50,256 nt of DNA, from contig CAYGGE010000006.1 in the NCBI GenBank assembly GCA_964349485.1, positions 1 through 50,256 of the forward strand, in the 5' to 3' direction. Position numbers and translations under genes: made by a program. Position 1 is the first letter of the stretch; the number at the start of each line of letters is the position of its first letter. Origin of the DNA: an uncultured Candidatus Saccharibacteria bacterium (GTDB lineage: Bacteria > Patescibacteriota > UBA1384 > CAYGGE01). Below the pieces are notes generated by a model that made no database searches, was not told the DNA's origin, and was given only the letters and a program-made list of their open reading frames with translations. Positions 18,208-27,490 of this stretch are shown here, in pieces.

Positions 18208-19994
18208 TTCTTCGGTCGGTAATTCTCAGCCGGATCTGTTGTAATAAGTGGGTGCTCGTCTTCGGAAGCAGTGATTTTGACGACGACGTGGTGTTGATCA
18301 GCCACAATCAAAGCTTCGCCCCGTTCACAGGTTAAGAGAAACTTTTGTTCGTATTCACTGAGCCTGAATTCTTCCGCCACAGTGCGGATTGTAGTTGTGT
18401 CTTGGCGCATCAAAATACGGAGCGCACTTTGGGAAGCGATTGCCCGGCCATACGCATTTTGAAGAAAGTCGTTGGCTTGTTGAGAAATGATACTGACGCC
18501 TAAATAGTACTTACGAGCACGACGAACCAGGCCAGCAATGAACCTTGCGCTTTCTTCGTGCTGGAGCATCAACCAAGCTTCATCAATTACGAGGAGTCGT
18601 TTGCATGGTTCGCTTTTTACTTGATTCTGGACAAACTGCGCCACGACTAAGTGCATGATTTCTCTGAGGGATTCAGGCAGGTCTTTGGTGTCGAAAACAA
18701 CCAGACGATTATCTAGCTGGATATTCGTCTGTTCCTCAAAGACTTCAGCGAGAGAACCGGTCGTATATTTCTCAAGTCGACGACAAAGTTTGTGTTGTTT
18801 TAGAGATTTGAGGGTGGCGTAGAAGTCATAAAGTACCGGATAGTTAGCCGAGTCGCGTTTACGAGATTTCTTAGACGACCAGCCAGCCTTTTTGTAGGTC
18901 TTGAGGATAGCTTGGTCAACGACAGACTTTTCTTCGGCATCCAAGCCTTCTGCCATGAGGGAAATAATTTCCGTTAAGGACTGAACGTGATCGGCGAAGC
19001 TGTCCGGTTCAGTAAAGGCATTGATCGAAAGGTCAAACGGATTAATCTTTTCTTTTGAGTGAACTGAGAGTTTTACATAAGTGCCCTTAACCGACTCCGC
19101 CAGCTGGCGATATTCTCGCTCTGGGTCAATGACTATGACTTTTGTCCCGCGCATGAGGTTACGTAGAATCTCAACCTTCGCGGTATAACTTTTCCCAGCA
19201 CCAGACTGAGCAAAAAGGATGCTGTTGGCATTCGGTAGTGCAAAACGGTCAAGTATCACTAATGAGCTATTGGAGCGGTTCACGCCGTAAAGAATGCCGG
19301 ACTCGTGGACAAGTTCGGACGAAATAAATGGAAAGGTCAGGGCGGTTGAGGAGCTGTCTAAGTTACGCTTTTGAGCAAGTAAGTTATCTCCTCGCGGTAG
19401 AACAGATTGCAAACCTTCAACCTGCTGGAAGGTAGCGCACTTCGTATAGAACAAACGAGTGGCTAAGACGGTTTCAAGGAGTTTGGTTGTCTTTTCTAGC
19501 TCGATTAACGAATTGGCTGAAAGAGTAATGTAAATCGAGACTTGAAACAGGTTTTCTTGGCCACGCTGGATCTTGTCGCGTAGTTCAATCGCTGATTCCA
19601 GTGGATCCATTAATTCAGCCCCAATAATCTTACCGGCTCGTTCCATGGCTCGTTTGGTCGAAGTTAGCTCAGTAATCTTACGATTGAGCTTAGGTAACGC
19701 TAATGTCGCTTCAATCGGTTCGATATGGTACGAAATATCAACGTTGTAGTTGAAGTTAATGAGTTGATTCAACCACCCACTAGAAGCGGTATAGGGATAG
19801 CCAGAAACAAACAGCGTCCGAACGTAGCGGTCATCAATCACCAGATAGTTGCGCTGCTCTTCGAGGCCCGAGTAAGTAATCAGATCAAGCTGATCTTGAT
19901 CGCCGACGTGAAACTCGAGCGTCTGTTTACGCTGCCAACGGTCGTCACGGATCTTATTTAATTTGGTTTTCAATTTAGATATGGGTGAAGGCAT
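18204..19994 (-). CDS. VirB4-family T4SS ATPase (middle and C-terminal ATPase part)
   Basis: Walker A FAQSGAGKSYTAK and Walker B LLVIDEAWLML. The upstream block YVRTLFVSGYP...GWL is typical of Gram-positive VirB4/TcpF/PrgJ proteins. Confidence 0.88.
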   Translation of the reverse strand: MPSPISKLKTKLNKIRDDRWQRKQTLEFHVGDQDQLDLITYSGLEEQRNYLVIDDRYVRTLFVSGYPYTASSGWLNQLINFNYNVDISYHIEPIEATLALPKLNRKITELTSTKRAMERAGKIIGAELMDPLESAIELRDKIQRGQENLFQVSIYITLSANSLIELEKTTKLLETVLATRLFYTKCATFQQVEGLQSVLPRGDNLLAQKRNLDSSSTALTFPFISSELVHESGILYGVNRSNSSLVILDRFALPNANSILFAQSGAGKSYTAKVEILRNLMRGTKVIVIDPEREYRQLAESVKGTYVKLSVHSKEKINPFDLSINAFTEPDSFADHVQSLTEIISLMAEGLDAEEKSVVDQAILKTYKKAGWSSKKSRKRDSANYPVLYDFYATLKSLKQHKLCRRLEKYTTGSLAEVFEEQTNIQLDNRLVVFDTKDLPESLREIMHLVVAQFVQNQVKSEPCKRLLVIDEAWLMLQHEESARFIAGLVRRARKYYLGVSIISQQANDFLQNAYGRAIASQSALRILMRQDTTTIRTVAEEFRLSEYEQKFLLTCERGEALIVADQHHVVVKITASEDEHPLITTDPAENYRPKK

Positions 19995-20619
19995 TGGATT
20001 GTCTCACTAAGGCTTGGGCTAATGGCTGGGTTTTAGCTTGTTGTGGCTGGTAAAAGCTGTAGAAGAGATCAAGAATCTCAAGGCTGGATAGCGGCCGGGC
20101 CGTCATACCAAGCTTCTCCAGTCCCTTGATAATAATCTCCTGTTCAAGCATCAACTGTTCTTTAACCATGGCGAAATCAGTCACGCCGCGATTTTCATAA
20201 GGGATCACGACATAGAACCGGCGGGAGAGAATCTTGTTACCGGCCACGAGCTTGCGGATGAACTCGCTGTAGTTCGCCAGCTGCTTCTTATAGATGGCTT
20301 CGGTCTCATTGGCGCGAGAGGCTTGGAAGTCTTCAAGATAGCGTTCGATATCCAGTTCTCGCACTCGAATCAGGATTTGGAGCGGCGTGGTAATCGAGTT
20401 GAGAAAAGACTGAAACGAGTCCATTAGGGCATCTTGCTCGGCTTCACTCTGGAGCTCAAAGTTTAATGATGAAGTCGTCAGAATCATGCGGTAGCGGTTG
20501 TCGGGAAGAATGAGAATGTTATCTCTGACTTCCTTAATCCCGATTTGCGTTCTGGCGGATCCTTTAGTCTTTGATTGGGACAAGCGAGACATCGATGCCT
20601 CCTTTCTTGGCAAGTTCAA
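19975..20619 (-). CDS. VirB4 N-terminal-domain-like protein (separate ORF)
   Basis: The pattern IKEVRDNILILPDNRYRMILTTSSLNFELQSEAEQDALMDSFQSFLNS matches the N-terminal region of full-length Gram-positive VirB4 proteins. 20-nt overlap with the ATPase ORF in another frame. Confidence 0.6.
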   Translation of the reverse strand: MNLPRKEASMSRLSQSKTKGSARTQIGIKEVRDNILILPDNRYRMILTTSSLNFELQSEAEQDALMDSFQSFLNSITTPLQILIRVRELDIERYLEDFQASRANETEAIYKKQLANYSEFIRKLVAGNKILSRRFYVVIPYENRGVTDFAMVKEQLMLEQEIIIKGLEKLGMTARPLSSLEILDLFYSFYQPQQAKTQPLAQALVRQSNAFTHI

Positions 20620-21070
20620 ATGAGAGCGTTAAGGAATCGCTTTCAAGCAGTTGATCGACGCGCATTTGTTCGGCAAAAGATAAGTGTGGTCGAACCTGCT
20701 CTAACTTGGTAGTCGCTGGGATAGCAAGTTCTTTCTTCGGAGCTTCTGGCAAGACAACATTGCGGTGAATAGGATCGTTTTTGGTAAAGATATAAAACCG
20801 TGGCCGGCGGTAGAACGCAAAGTAAACCACAAGCCACTGAGCCAAAATCTTGCCGTTATAGCGAATCGCTAACCCACCGAAGAAGAGAAACTGAATGACG
20901 ACAAGAATAGATTTGAGTGGTGTTAGATCGGTTCGTGGGGCAATCCCGACGTACACGCCTGTACCTACTAATAGGGCGGCAATAAGTAAAAGGATTTGGG
21001 CAAACGTAAAATTGCCGGCAATCCGGTCTTCGACTGACGTTATTTGAGCGGGAACAACAGTGGTTCTCAT
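20564..21070 (-). CDS. PrgI/VirB3-like small T4SS membrane protein
   Basis: The N-terminus VPAQITSVEDRIAGNFTFAQILLL followed by two TM helices is the PrgI-family layout. It sits between the VirB6-like and VirB4 genes. Confidence 0.6.
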   Translation of the reverse strand: MRTTVVPAQITSVEDRIAGNFTFAQILLLIAALLVGTGVYVGIAPRTDLTPLKSILVVIQFLFFGGLAIRYNGKILAQWLVVYFAFYRRPRFYIFTKNDPIHRNVVLPEAPKKELAIPATTKLEQVRPHLSFAEQMRVDQLLESDSLTLSFELAKKGGIDVSLVPIKD

Positions 21071-22335
21071 AGTGGCCTCCCTTGGCGAGCAATTGTTTTG
21101 ACTCTGGTAGCGGCGGTCGCGGGACTTAAGACATTGAAGAGCTGGCCGCCGAATTTCTTCATGGCGCCACTGGCTTGCGACGAAAGAGCTAACTGCATCA
21201 TCATGGTCGAGCTCTTAAGTAAGATCGAGAACAAAGCGATACCGATCAAGATCGAGATAAACGGATTGGTGCCGACTTGGTCAGGCACCGTCAGAAATGC
21301 CGAAGCAAGTTGAATGATCACTACATGAACAAAGAGGGTAAAGATCGTGACGAAATAGGTCTTAATGGCGCTATCGGCAAAGTCTGTCCAGCGAGGCAAG
21401 AGCCAGACCAGGAAGATAAGCGGCGAGATAACCGCCCCAAAGGCTAGAAGCATCAGGCGGCTGATGTAGAACAGTAACAATACGATCGCTAAGAGTATAA
21501 ATACCACCATGAAGATGAGGGTAATTAAGACCGTACCGCCACTGAGTAATGCCGCCGGATCAAAAGCATTAAGAATCCAGGCTTCACCAAGGCCGCCAGT
21601 GGCATTCAAGACAGCGCTAATCATAGTTTGCGAGAGCGAGATAATCCAGTCGATCAGAAAGATTGAGGTATTAGCCAGTAAGAAAGCTAGGCCAATACGA
21701 GGTAAGAGGTCTTTAAGGCTCAGTTCCTCAAAACCGAAACTTGCTGCACTCATGACTTGAAAGCCAAGGAGGGCAATTACAATGGCAAAGAGTGAGTCAG
21801 TAATACCAACTACGATAAGCCAAAAATTAAAGACAACCGAGTTCGTGGCTAAGGATGGCGTAGTCGTCAGGAATCCCGTAATGCCATCAATGATCGGTTG
21901 CGTCGCCGACTGAATAATGTTTTGTAAGAATCCAGAGACTGCATCAAGTAATATCCTGGTGAGGGAGCCACTTTCTTCGGTGGGAATGATAGGACTAAGA
22001 CTAATAGTCGTGCCTAGATTCCCAGCGCTCGGTTCAGTAAAAGCCGTGTTAAGGAGGGAAGAAAACACGCCTGCGCCAATCACTATCGCTAGACCAATAA
22101 GGGCATTACGGATGGTTCGCTTCGCCTCACTCAGTGCCTCAGGTTTGCCGGTTGAAGTAATGTAGAGGTATGCGCCGCGAATCAGGAAAAAGACTGCAGA
22201 GAGTGACGCCAGGCTCATGAGAATAGTTAAGGTGTCACGAGTAAAACTAGCTACTTCGCTATTGGAAGCAGCAAAAGCTACGGCGGGAGACAAAAGGATT
22301 CCCGCCAGAACGAGGGAGGGAATGGCCTTCTTCAT
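21067..22335 (-). CDS. VirB6/TrbL-like polytopic T4SS channel protein with an N-terminal VirB2-like pilin module
   Basis: Signal peptide and at least 7 hydrophobic helices. Residues about 15-100 are clearly paralogous to the neighbouring 113-aa pilin-like protein. Confidence 0.65.
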   Translation of the reverse strand: MKKAIPSLVLAGILLSPAVAFAASNSEVASFTRDTLTILMSLASLSAVFFLIRGAYLYITSTGKPEALSEAKRTIRNALIGLAIVIGAGVFSSLLNTAFTEPSAGNLGTTISLSPIIPTEESGSLTRILLDAVSGFLQNIIQSATQPIIDGITGFLTTTPSLATNSVVFNFWLIVVGITDSLFAIVIALLGFQVMSAASFGFEELSLKDLLPRIGLAFLLANTSIFLIDWIISLSQTMISAVLNATGGLGEAWILNAFDPAALLSGGTVLITLIFMVVFILLAIVLLLFYISRLMLLAFGAVISPLIFLVWLLPRWTDFADSAIKTYFVTIFTLFVHVVIIQLASAFLTVPDQVGTNPFISILIGIALFSILLKSSTMMMQLALSSQASGAMKKFGGQLFNVLSPATAATRVKTIARQGRPL

Positions 22336-22343
22336 GGATACTC

Positions 22344-22685
22344 CTATCCGCCAAAGGCGCTTTTAGCAAGGTCGGTAACGATGTTACTGATAACAAAGGC
22401 ACCGATAGCGATCGCTAGGCCAATCCCAGCGTAGATAATAGTTTTCTTTGATCGGTCGAGATGCTCAGGATTCCCAGAGCTCGTAATGTATCCAATGCCG
22501 CCGACGACTAAAAAACCGGCTGCAAGCAGACCGGCTAACGTCACTAACACCTGGATTACATTTTGAATAAAATTCTGGACCTTGGACAAGTCGGCAGATT
22601 CCGCAGCCAATGCAGGACTTACAGCCAAAGCTGTGAGAACAAGAGATAGACAGATCGCACCAGAAAGAGAACGGAGACGGTTCAT
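22344..22685 (-). CDS. VirB2/TrbC-like pilin
   Basis: 113 aa. Signal peptide ending ALAAES, followed by two hydrophobic helices separated by SSGNPEHLDRSKK. Strong GGAGGAGG RBS. First gene of the T4SS operon. Confidence 0.65.
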   Translation of the reverse strand: MNRLRSLSGAICLSLVLTALAVSPALAAESADLSKVQNFIQNVIQVLVTLAGLLAAGFLVVGGIGYITSSGNPEHLDRSKKTIIYAGIGLAIAIGAFVISNIVTDLAKSAFGG

Positions 22686-22823
22686 AGATGACCTCCTCCC
22701 CTCCCGGCGGAATGTTCACACATCACGCTTGTTTAGTATGTATATGACTAGTTGTTACTTCAAACCTAGTTGAGGCCTTTTTATCACGTCGGTAAATAAG
22801 CTGTCAAGTGCTTGGTTGGTTAT

Positions 22824-23582
22824 TTAATCTTTAGAAGCAAGTAGATCGGCTCCTAGCCAAGCAAGTTCAAAGATTCCTCGCAAGGAATCAGCAATAACCT
22901 TGTGCTCGATGAGTACACCAAAGAGAGGCGCAGAAAGAGAGAAGAGCGCTACTTTGTTTCCAGTAATACCAAGATCTATCCCGATAGACTTTTCGGTAGG
23001 TACAAACTTATACGTAAAATTAGGGTACGCATACTGCTGAACCAATTCACGTGCATTAGGGCTATCCTGAATAATTTCACGCTTTTTCACTTTCTTTTTA
23101 CTATGAACGCGAAATGATCGAGCTAGTTCACCGGGTCGGCGAGCTTCGAGGGATTCCCAATTTGCAAACCAAACAATCTCGGGTTGTTTTTGAGAACTGA
23201 GAGTTTGAAGAATTTCTGTAAAGAGGACTTTTTGGCCGGATTTGCCTTCAAATAACTTTACTTTAGGTGAAAGAGAGTCTTGACCGTAGAGTGAAGCAAG
23301 CAGTGGGACAAGAGATTTAGCCTGTTGCATATAGTCTTCGGCTGCATGAAGCAGTGCTGTTGGCTTGCTAGCACGATAATGAATCTTGTTGGCAAACGGT
23401 ACAACTGCTACGAAACCTTTTTTCTCAAGTTGGTCGAGTGTAAGGTAGCATGTCGGTCGTTTTATCCCAGCATTAATAGCGATTTGACTAACTGGTGCTT
23501 CGCCTAATTCTAAAAGAGCCAAATAGACTTTGGCTTCGTTATCCGAAAAGCCCAACTGAGCTAAAGAGTCCTTAATAATCAT
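22824..23582 (-). CDS. TrmB-family transcriptional regulator
   Basis: N-terminal wHTH LGFSDNEAKVYLALLELGEAPVSQIAINAGIKRPTCYLTLDQLEKKGFV. Confidence 0.85.
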   Translation of the reverse strand: MIIKDSLAQLGFSDNEAKVYLALLELGEAPVSQIAINAGIKRPTCYLTLDQLEKKGFVAVVPFANKIHYRASKPTALLHAAEDYMQQAKSLVPLLASLYGQDSLSPKVKLFEGKSGQKVLFTEILQTLSSQKQPEIVWFANWESLEARRPGELARSFRVHSKKKVKKREIIQDSPNARELVQQYAYPNFTYKFVPTEKSIGIDLGITGNKVALFSLSAPLFGVLIEHKVIADSLRGIFELAWLGADLLASKD

Positions 23583-23750
23583 ATATAGTTTATACTCTTT
23601 TCGTGCTGTATTGTCAACTATTCTGACAACTATATTAGATTAAACCTATTGACTGATCATATTTAATTATTAATTGAAACTATTTTATGACAAACATGAG
23701 AATAGGAAGTAATATTCCCTGTATCGGGCCTTTCTCGTAGGAGATATATC

Positions 23751-24614
23751 TTGAACCCTGCATGTTTACCGTGGGTCGGTCGTGACATTCTCACGACTGG
23801 CAACCTCGCAGAGTGGCTGAGTGATCAGCTACCCGCTCATCTGCGTCACTATATTCCCGGATCTCTAACGATCTGCTGCGATCCAGAAGCGGCTAGCCAG
23901 TTCGCCGGATTTCAGGGTGAGATGGCGCGCGTACTACGCACTGAGTTCGAGGATCGATACCAGCAGGAGCCACATTTCAGCGAAGTCGGCCTTCCGAGAG
24001 AGGAGCTGCAAAGCATTCTGAATGCTACGCGGCACGCACAGCCTTGGATTCTCTATCACTCACGTGACGGTGGGCTTCGGCTGGATGAGGGAGGTAGTAT
24101 TACTCCCTGCGCTACGATGCCCAATCATGCCGTGGCCTGGAACGATGGTCAGACCTATCTTGTTACAGCTCGGAAGTATGGGCAGCCATGGGATTGGGAG
24201 TCTGACGGGGCACACGAGTCTTCACATGTCGCGTTGGGCGGCCTGCCGTTCTTCGCTCACCAAGTAGGAGCCCAGGTTTGGAATACTGAGTTCCCGCATG
24301 ACCCGACCAATGTTTCGCCAGCTCAGATCGCCAAGATCTGGTACGGTCTGTGTGAAATTGCTGCGACGACCATGATAGGCGAAACCAGGGAAACCGAAAC
24401 ATCACTTCCTGTCGTAGAGACATGGACTGAGATGGGTCAGTTTCTCTCCGTGATGTCAGTCCTGCTTCCGGGCAAAGGATTCGACAGGATTACTCCCGAA
24501 GCAAGTACGCTTAGGTATCAGATCGGCGCAGCGGCGATCCGTTGTATGCTGCATCTGGCCAAGTTCGTTAACCGGTTCGACACGCCGTCGGCGAGCGAAC
24601 TGTTCTCACTCTAA
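23751..24614 (+). CDS. Hypothetical protein with HExxH motif (putative zinc metallopeptidase), GC-rich
   Basis: 287-aa ORF (TTG start). AHESSHVALGG maps to nt 24213-24227. Spot counts of four 60-nt lines give 53-63% GC, against about 30-48% in flanking lines. Confidence 0.55.
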   Translation: MNPACLPWVGRDILTTGNLAEWLSDQLPAHLRHYIPGSLTICCDPEAASQFAGFQGEMARVLRTEFEDRYQQEPHFSEVGLPREELQSILNATRHAQPWILYHSRDGGLRLDEGGSITPCATMPNHAVAWNDGQTYLVTARKYGQPWDWESDGAHESSHVALGGLPFFAHQVGAQVWNTEFPHDPTNVSPAQIAKIWYGLCEIAATTMIGETRETETSLPVVETWTEMGQFLSVMSVLLPGKGFDRITPEASTLRYQIGAAAIRCMLHLAKFVNRFDTPSASELFSL

Positions 24615-24616
24615 CC

Positions 24617-24663
24617 GCCCCCGATAGGAAGCTCCTAGCCTCCGACTGGGGGCTTTCTATTTA
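24617..24663 (+). terminator. Rho-independent terminator candidate after the HExxH gene
   Basis: GCCCCC (24617-24622) pairs with GGGGGC (24648-24653). An inner TAGGA/TCCTA stem is present. TTTCTATTTATT follows. Confidence 0.5.
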
Positions 24664-24751
24664 TTAAGCCTCTTTACTTCAGTTGCCAGGTTATGTTAAA
24701 CCTAGCTCAATAGGAGGGCGATGATACTTTCACTGATAAAGGTAAGTAACT

Positions 24752-27394
24752 ATGTCTTCCGATATTCTCTCTGTCCTTACAACGAGATGGGCTACGCCAG
24801 ATTTTAACCATATTGGGCAGGTTATTTTATCTGCTCTATTTCCAGCGTTTATTGTGGTGTGCGTATTTGTTGGCATTTCACTACTTCTGGCTGTAATTCG
24901 TTACTTTCTAGACAGGAAAAGCTACCCGAAGACATTCTTAGAGCTACGTTTCCCGTCGGATACAGCCAAGTCAGCTTTTGCCACAGAACAACTTTACGTC
25001 TTGCTTCATACGCGCTCAAAACAACAGCGCCTAATCGAAAAACTACTTGGGCCCAAGAAGATTTATTCATTTGAGCTAGTTTCTACGAAAGCTGAGGGTA
25101 TTCGGTATATTGTCAGCGTGCCGCAAAAAGAAGTTGACACCTTTCAGCGCAGCTTGCTCGCATTTTTACCGGGTATTAAAATTCAGGAAGTCGAAGACTA
25201 TGTGCAACCACCGGAAAATAAATCAACCCGCCTCGTTGAGCTAAAGTTGTCGGCGGATTTTGTTTTACCGCTGCAAGACCAGAAAGCCCTCTCCGAACAC
25301 GACCCAATGTCGTACCTCACTGGCCATATGACTAAGCTGGCCTTAAACGAGTTAGTGGCTTTTCAGCTTGTTGTTACGCCGGTATTACCTTCGTTGCATC
25401 GAGGCGTCATGCGACGGATAAGCGAAGTGCGGCAAACGATTTCGCGCGGGCTACCGCTCTCAACCATTCTTAAACCCCGATTTACTTTTGTTCCGGTCGT
25501 AATACAAGTACTGCTCAAGGTAGTGCTGTGGCTAGTTGAGTCAATCGTTAAACTTCTAATCTCTCTACCGTCACTGATCTTTGACCCAAATAGCAAAACT
25601 ATCCCCATCTTCCAAGCGGATAGCAAACAAGCTAAGAAAGACACAGATGATCCGTACGAAACGGAGTTAGGCCAAACTCTCAAAAGTAAGCTAGATCAGC
25701 ACTTGTATGAAACATCACTGCGTATGTTTGTAGTGTCAAATACGCAGGAGGCTGCCCGTTACCGCATCGATGAACTAATAGCCGCATTCCGTCCGTTTGC
25801 CAGCTCAATCCAATCCATCGTTGCTCGGAAGAGTTACTTGTCTTCCGTTCGTCAACAAGTAAAACAGTTTCAGGCGAGGCACTTGTCACAATCTTTGTTT
25901 GTTCAAAATCCGATCCTCTCTAGCTCAGAGCTATCCGACGTCTATCACTTCCCGCATACAAAGACGACTCGAACAGAAGACCTGATTAAATCTAAGAGCC
26001 AGGAACTACCGGCACCGTTGTCGTTAAAGAATAATCATAATCTCGATGTCATATTCGGCGTAAATAATTACGGTAATTCATCAAGCAATGTCGGTCTCAC
26101 AGATGACGACCGCTCGCGCCATATGTACTTAATCGGACAGACGGGCTCAGGTAAATCGACGATTATTTACCACATGGCCAAAGACGATATTGCCAAAGGT
26201 CGTGGCTTAGCGGTAATTGATCCGCACGGTGACTTAGCTGAAGACTTGGTCGCTACCGTACCGGAATCACGAATCGACGATCTGATCTACTTCAACCCAT
26301 TTGATATCAAACATCCAATCGGCGTGAACTTGCTTGAGCTCACGCCGGACTTAGACGAGGATGAATTAGAACTAGAAAAGGAACTTGTCTGCGAGAGTAT
26401 CATCTCGATCTTCCGCCGTGTATTCAACAAAGATGAGAACACCGACGCTCACCGTATTGAATACATTCTCCGTAATACGATCTATACCGCTTTCAATGTG
26501 CCTGACGCCACAATCTTTACCATCTACGACTTACTTAATGATCCGGATATTCGTAAGAAAACCATTCGCACACTAACCGATGAGAATCTCATTAACTTTT
26601 GGAAACAAGAGTTTGGCAAGGCGGGTGGGTATCAAGTCGTAAAGATGGTCAGTGGCGTTACCGCTAAAGTCGGACGATTCTTATTCTCACCAACAGCTAA
26701 GAGAATTCTAGAGCAATCGAAGTCCACAATTAAGTTCGATGAAGTTTTAGATAAAAGTAAGATTCTTATTTGCAATCTAGCTGAAGGCAAGCTCGGCGAA
26801 GATACATCGCAGCTCTTAGGCACAATGATCATAGCTAAGATCCAGCAAGCTGCCATGCGCCGAGCAAGAAACGAACGAGCTACCCGTACGTCGTTCTATC
26901 TTTTCGTTGACGAGTTTCAAAATTTTGCTACCAGCTCGTTTACTAAGCTTCTTTCTGGTGGTCGTAAGTTTGGCTTACGCGTTACTATTGCCGAGCAATC
27001 TACTGCTCAGCAGTCGGATAGAAATACGGTAAACGTTATTCTGGCTAACACTGGTACCGTCGTTTGTTTCCGCACGGCCAGCCCAATTGATGAAGAATTA
27101 ATGCTGTTGCAATTCTCACCACTGGTACAGCCGGGAGATATTGGTAACTTACCTCGCTATCATTTTTATATGCGTTTAGCAGCCATGGAACCGACCGATC
27201 CATTCTCTGGCGAAACCTTGCCGATGAATGCCCCCAAAGATGAGGCAAAGATCGAAAAGTTAGTTGAAGCTTCACGCAGTAATTACGCTATTGTCTACCA
27301 AAAACCTGAACCGAAAGTAGTTGTTCCCGATACGAAACCAAAGGCGAAAAAGGCTATGAAGGTGGCTCAAGAGGCAGTTGATACTCTGCCTTGA
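24752..27394 (+). CDS. VirD4/TraG-type type IV coupling protein
   Basis: N-terminal TM helix. Walker A YLIGQTGSGKST and Walker B FYLFVDEFQNF. 880 aa. Confidence 0.85.
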   Translation: MSSDILSVLTTRWATPDFNHIGQVILSALFPAFIVVCVFVGISLLLAVIRYFLDRKSYPKTFLELRFPSDTAKSAFATEQLYVLLHTRSKQQRLIEKLLGPKKIYSFELVSTKAEGIRYIVSVPQKEVDTFQRSLLAFLPGIKIQEVEDYVQPPENKSTRLVELKLSADFVLPLQDQKALSEHDPMSYLTGHMTKLALNELVAFQLVVTPVLPSLHRGVMRRISEVRQTISRGLPLSTILKPRFTFVPVVIQVLLKVVLWLVESIVKLLISLPSLIFDPNSKTIPIFQADSKQAKKDTDDPYETELGQTLKSKLDQHLYETSLRMFVVSNTQEAARYRIDELIAAFRPFASSIQSIVARKSYLSSVRQQVKQFQARHLSQSLFVQNPILSSSELSDVYHFPHTKTTRTEDLIKSKSQELPAPLSLKNNHNLDVIFGVNNYGNSSSNVGLTDDDRSRHMYLIGQTGSGKSTIIYHMAKDDIAKGRGLAVIDPHGDLAEDLVATVPESRIDDLIYFNPFDIKHPIGVNLLELTPDLDEDELELEKELVCESIISIFRRVFNKDENTDAHRIEYILRNTIYTAFNVPDATIFTIYDLLNDPDIRKKTIRTLTDENLINFWKQEFGKAGGYQVVKMVSGVTAKVGRFLFSPTAKRILEQSKSTIKFDEVLDKSKILICNLAEGKLGEDTSQLLGTMIIAKIQQAAMRRARNERATRTSFYLFVDEFQNFATSSFTKLLSGGRKFGLRVTIAEQSTAQQSDRNTVNVILANTGTVVCFRTASPIDEELMLLQFSPLVQPGDIGNLPRYHFYMRLAAMEPTDPFSGETLPMNAPKDEAKIEKLVEASRSNYAIVYQKPEPKVVVPDTKPKAKKAMKVAQEAVDTLP

Positions 27395-27490
27395 ATGCTA
27401 TCAGCCGTATGATAGTATTTTGCTCACAACTACAGGTTAAACAAATATAATAACGTACGCTTATATTTATATATTATACTTCTCGCTTCT

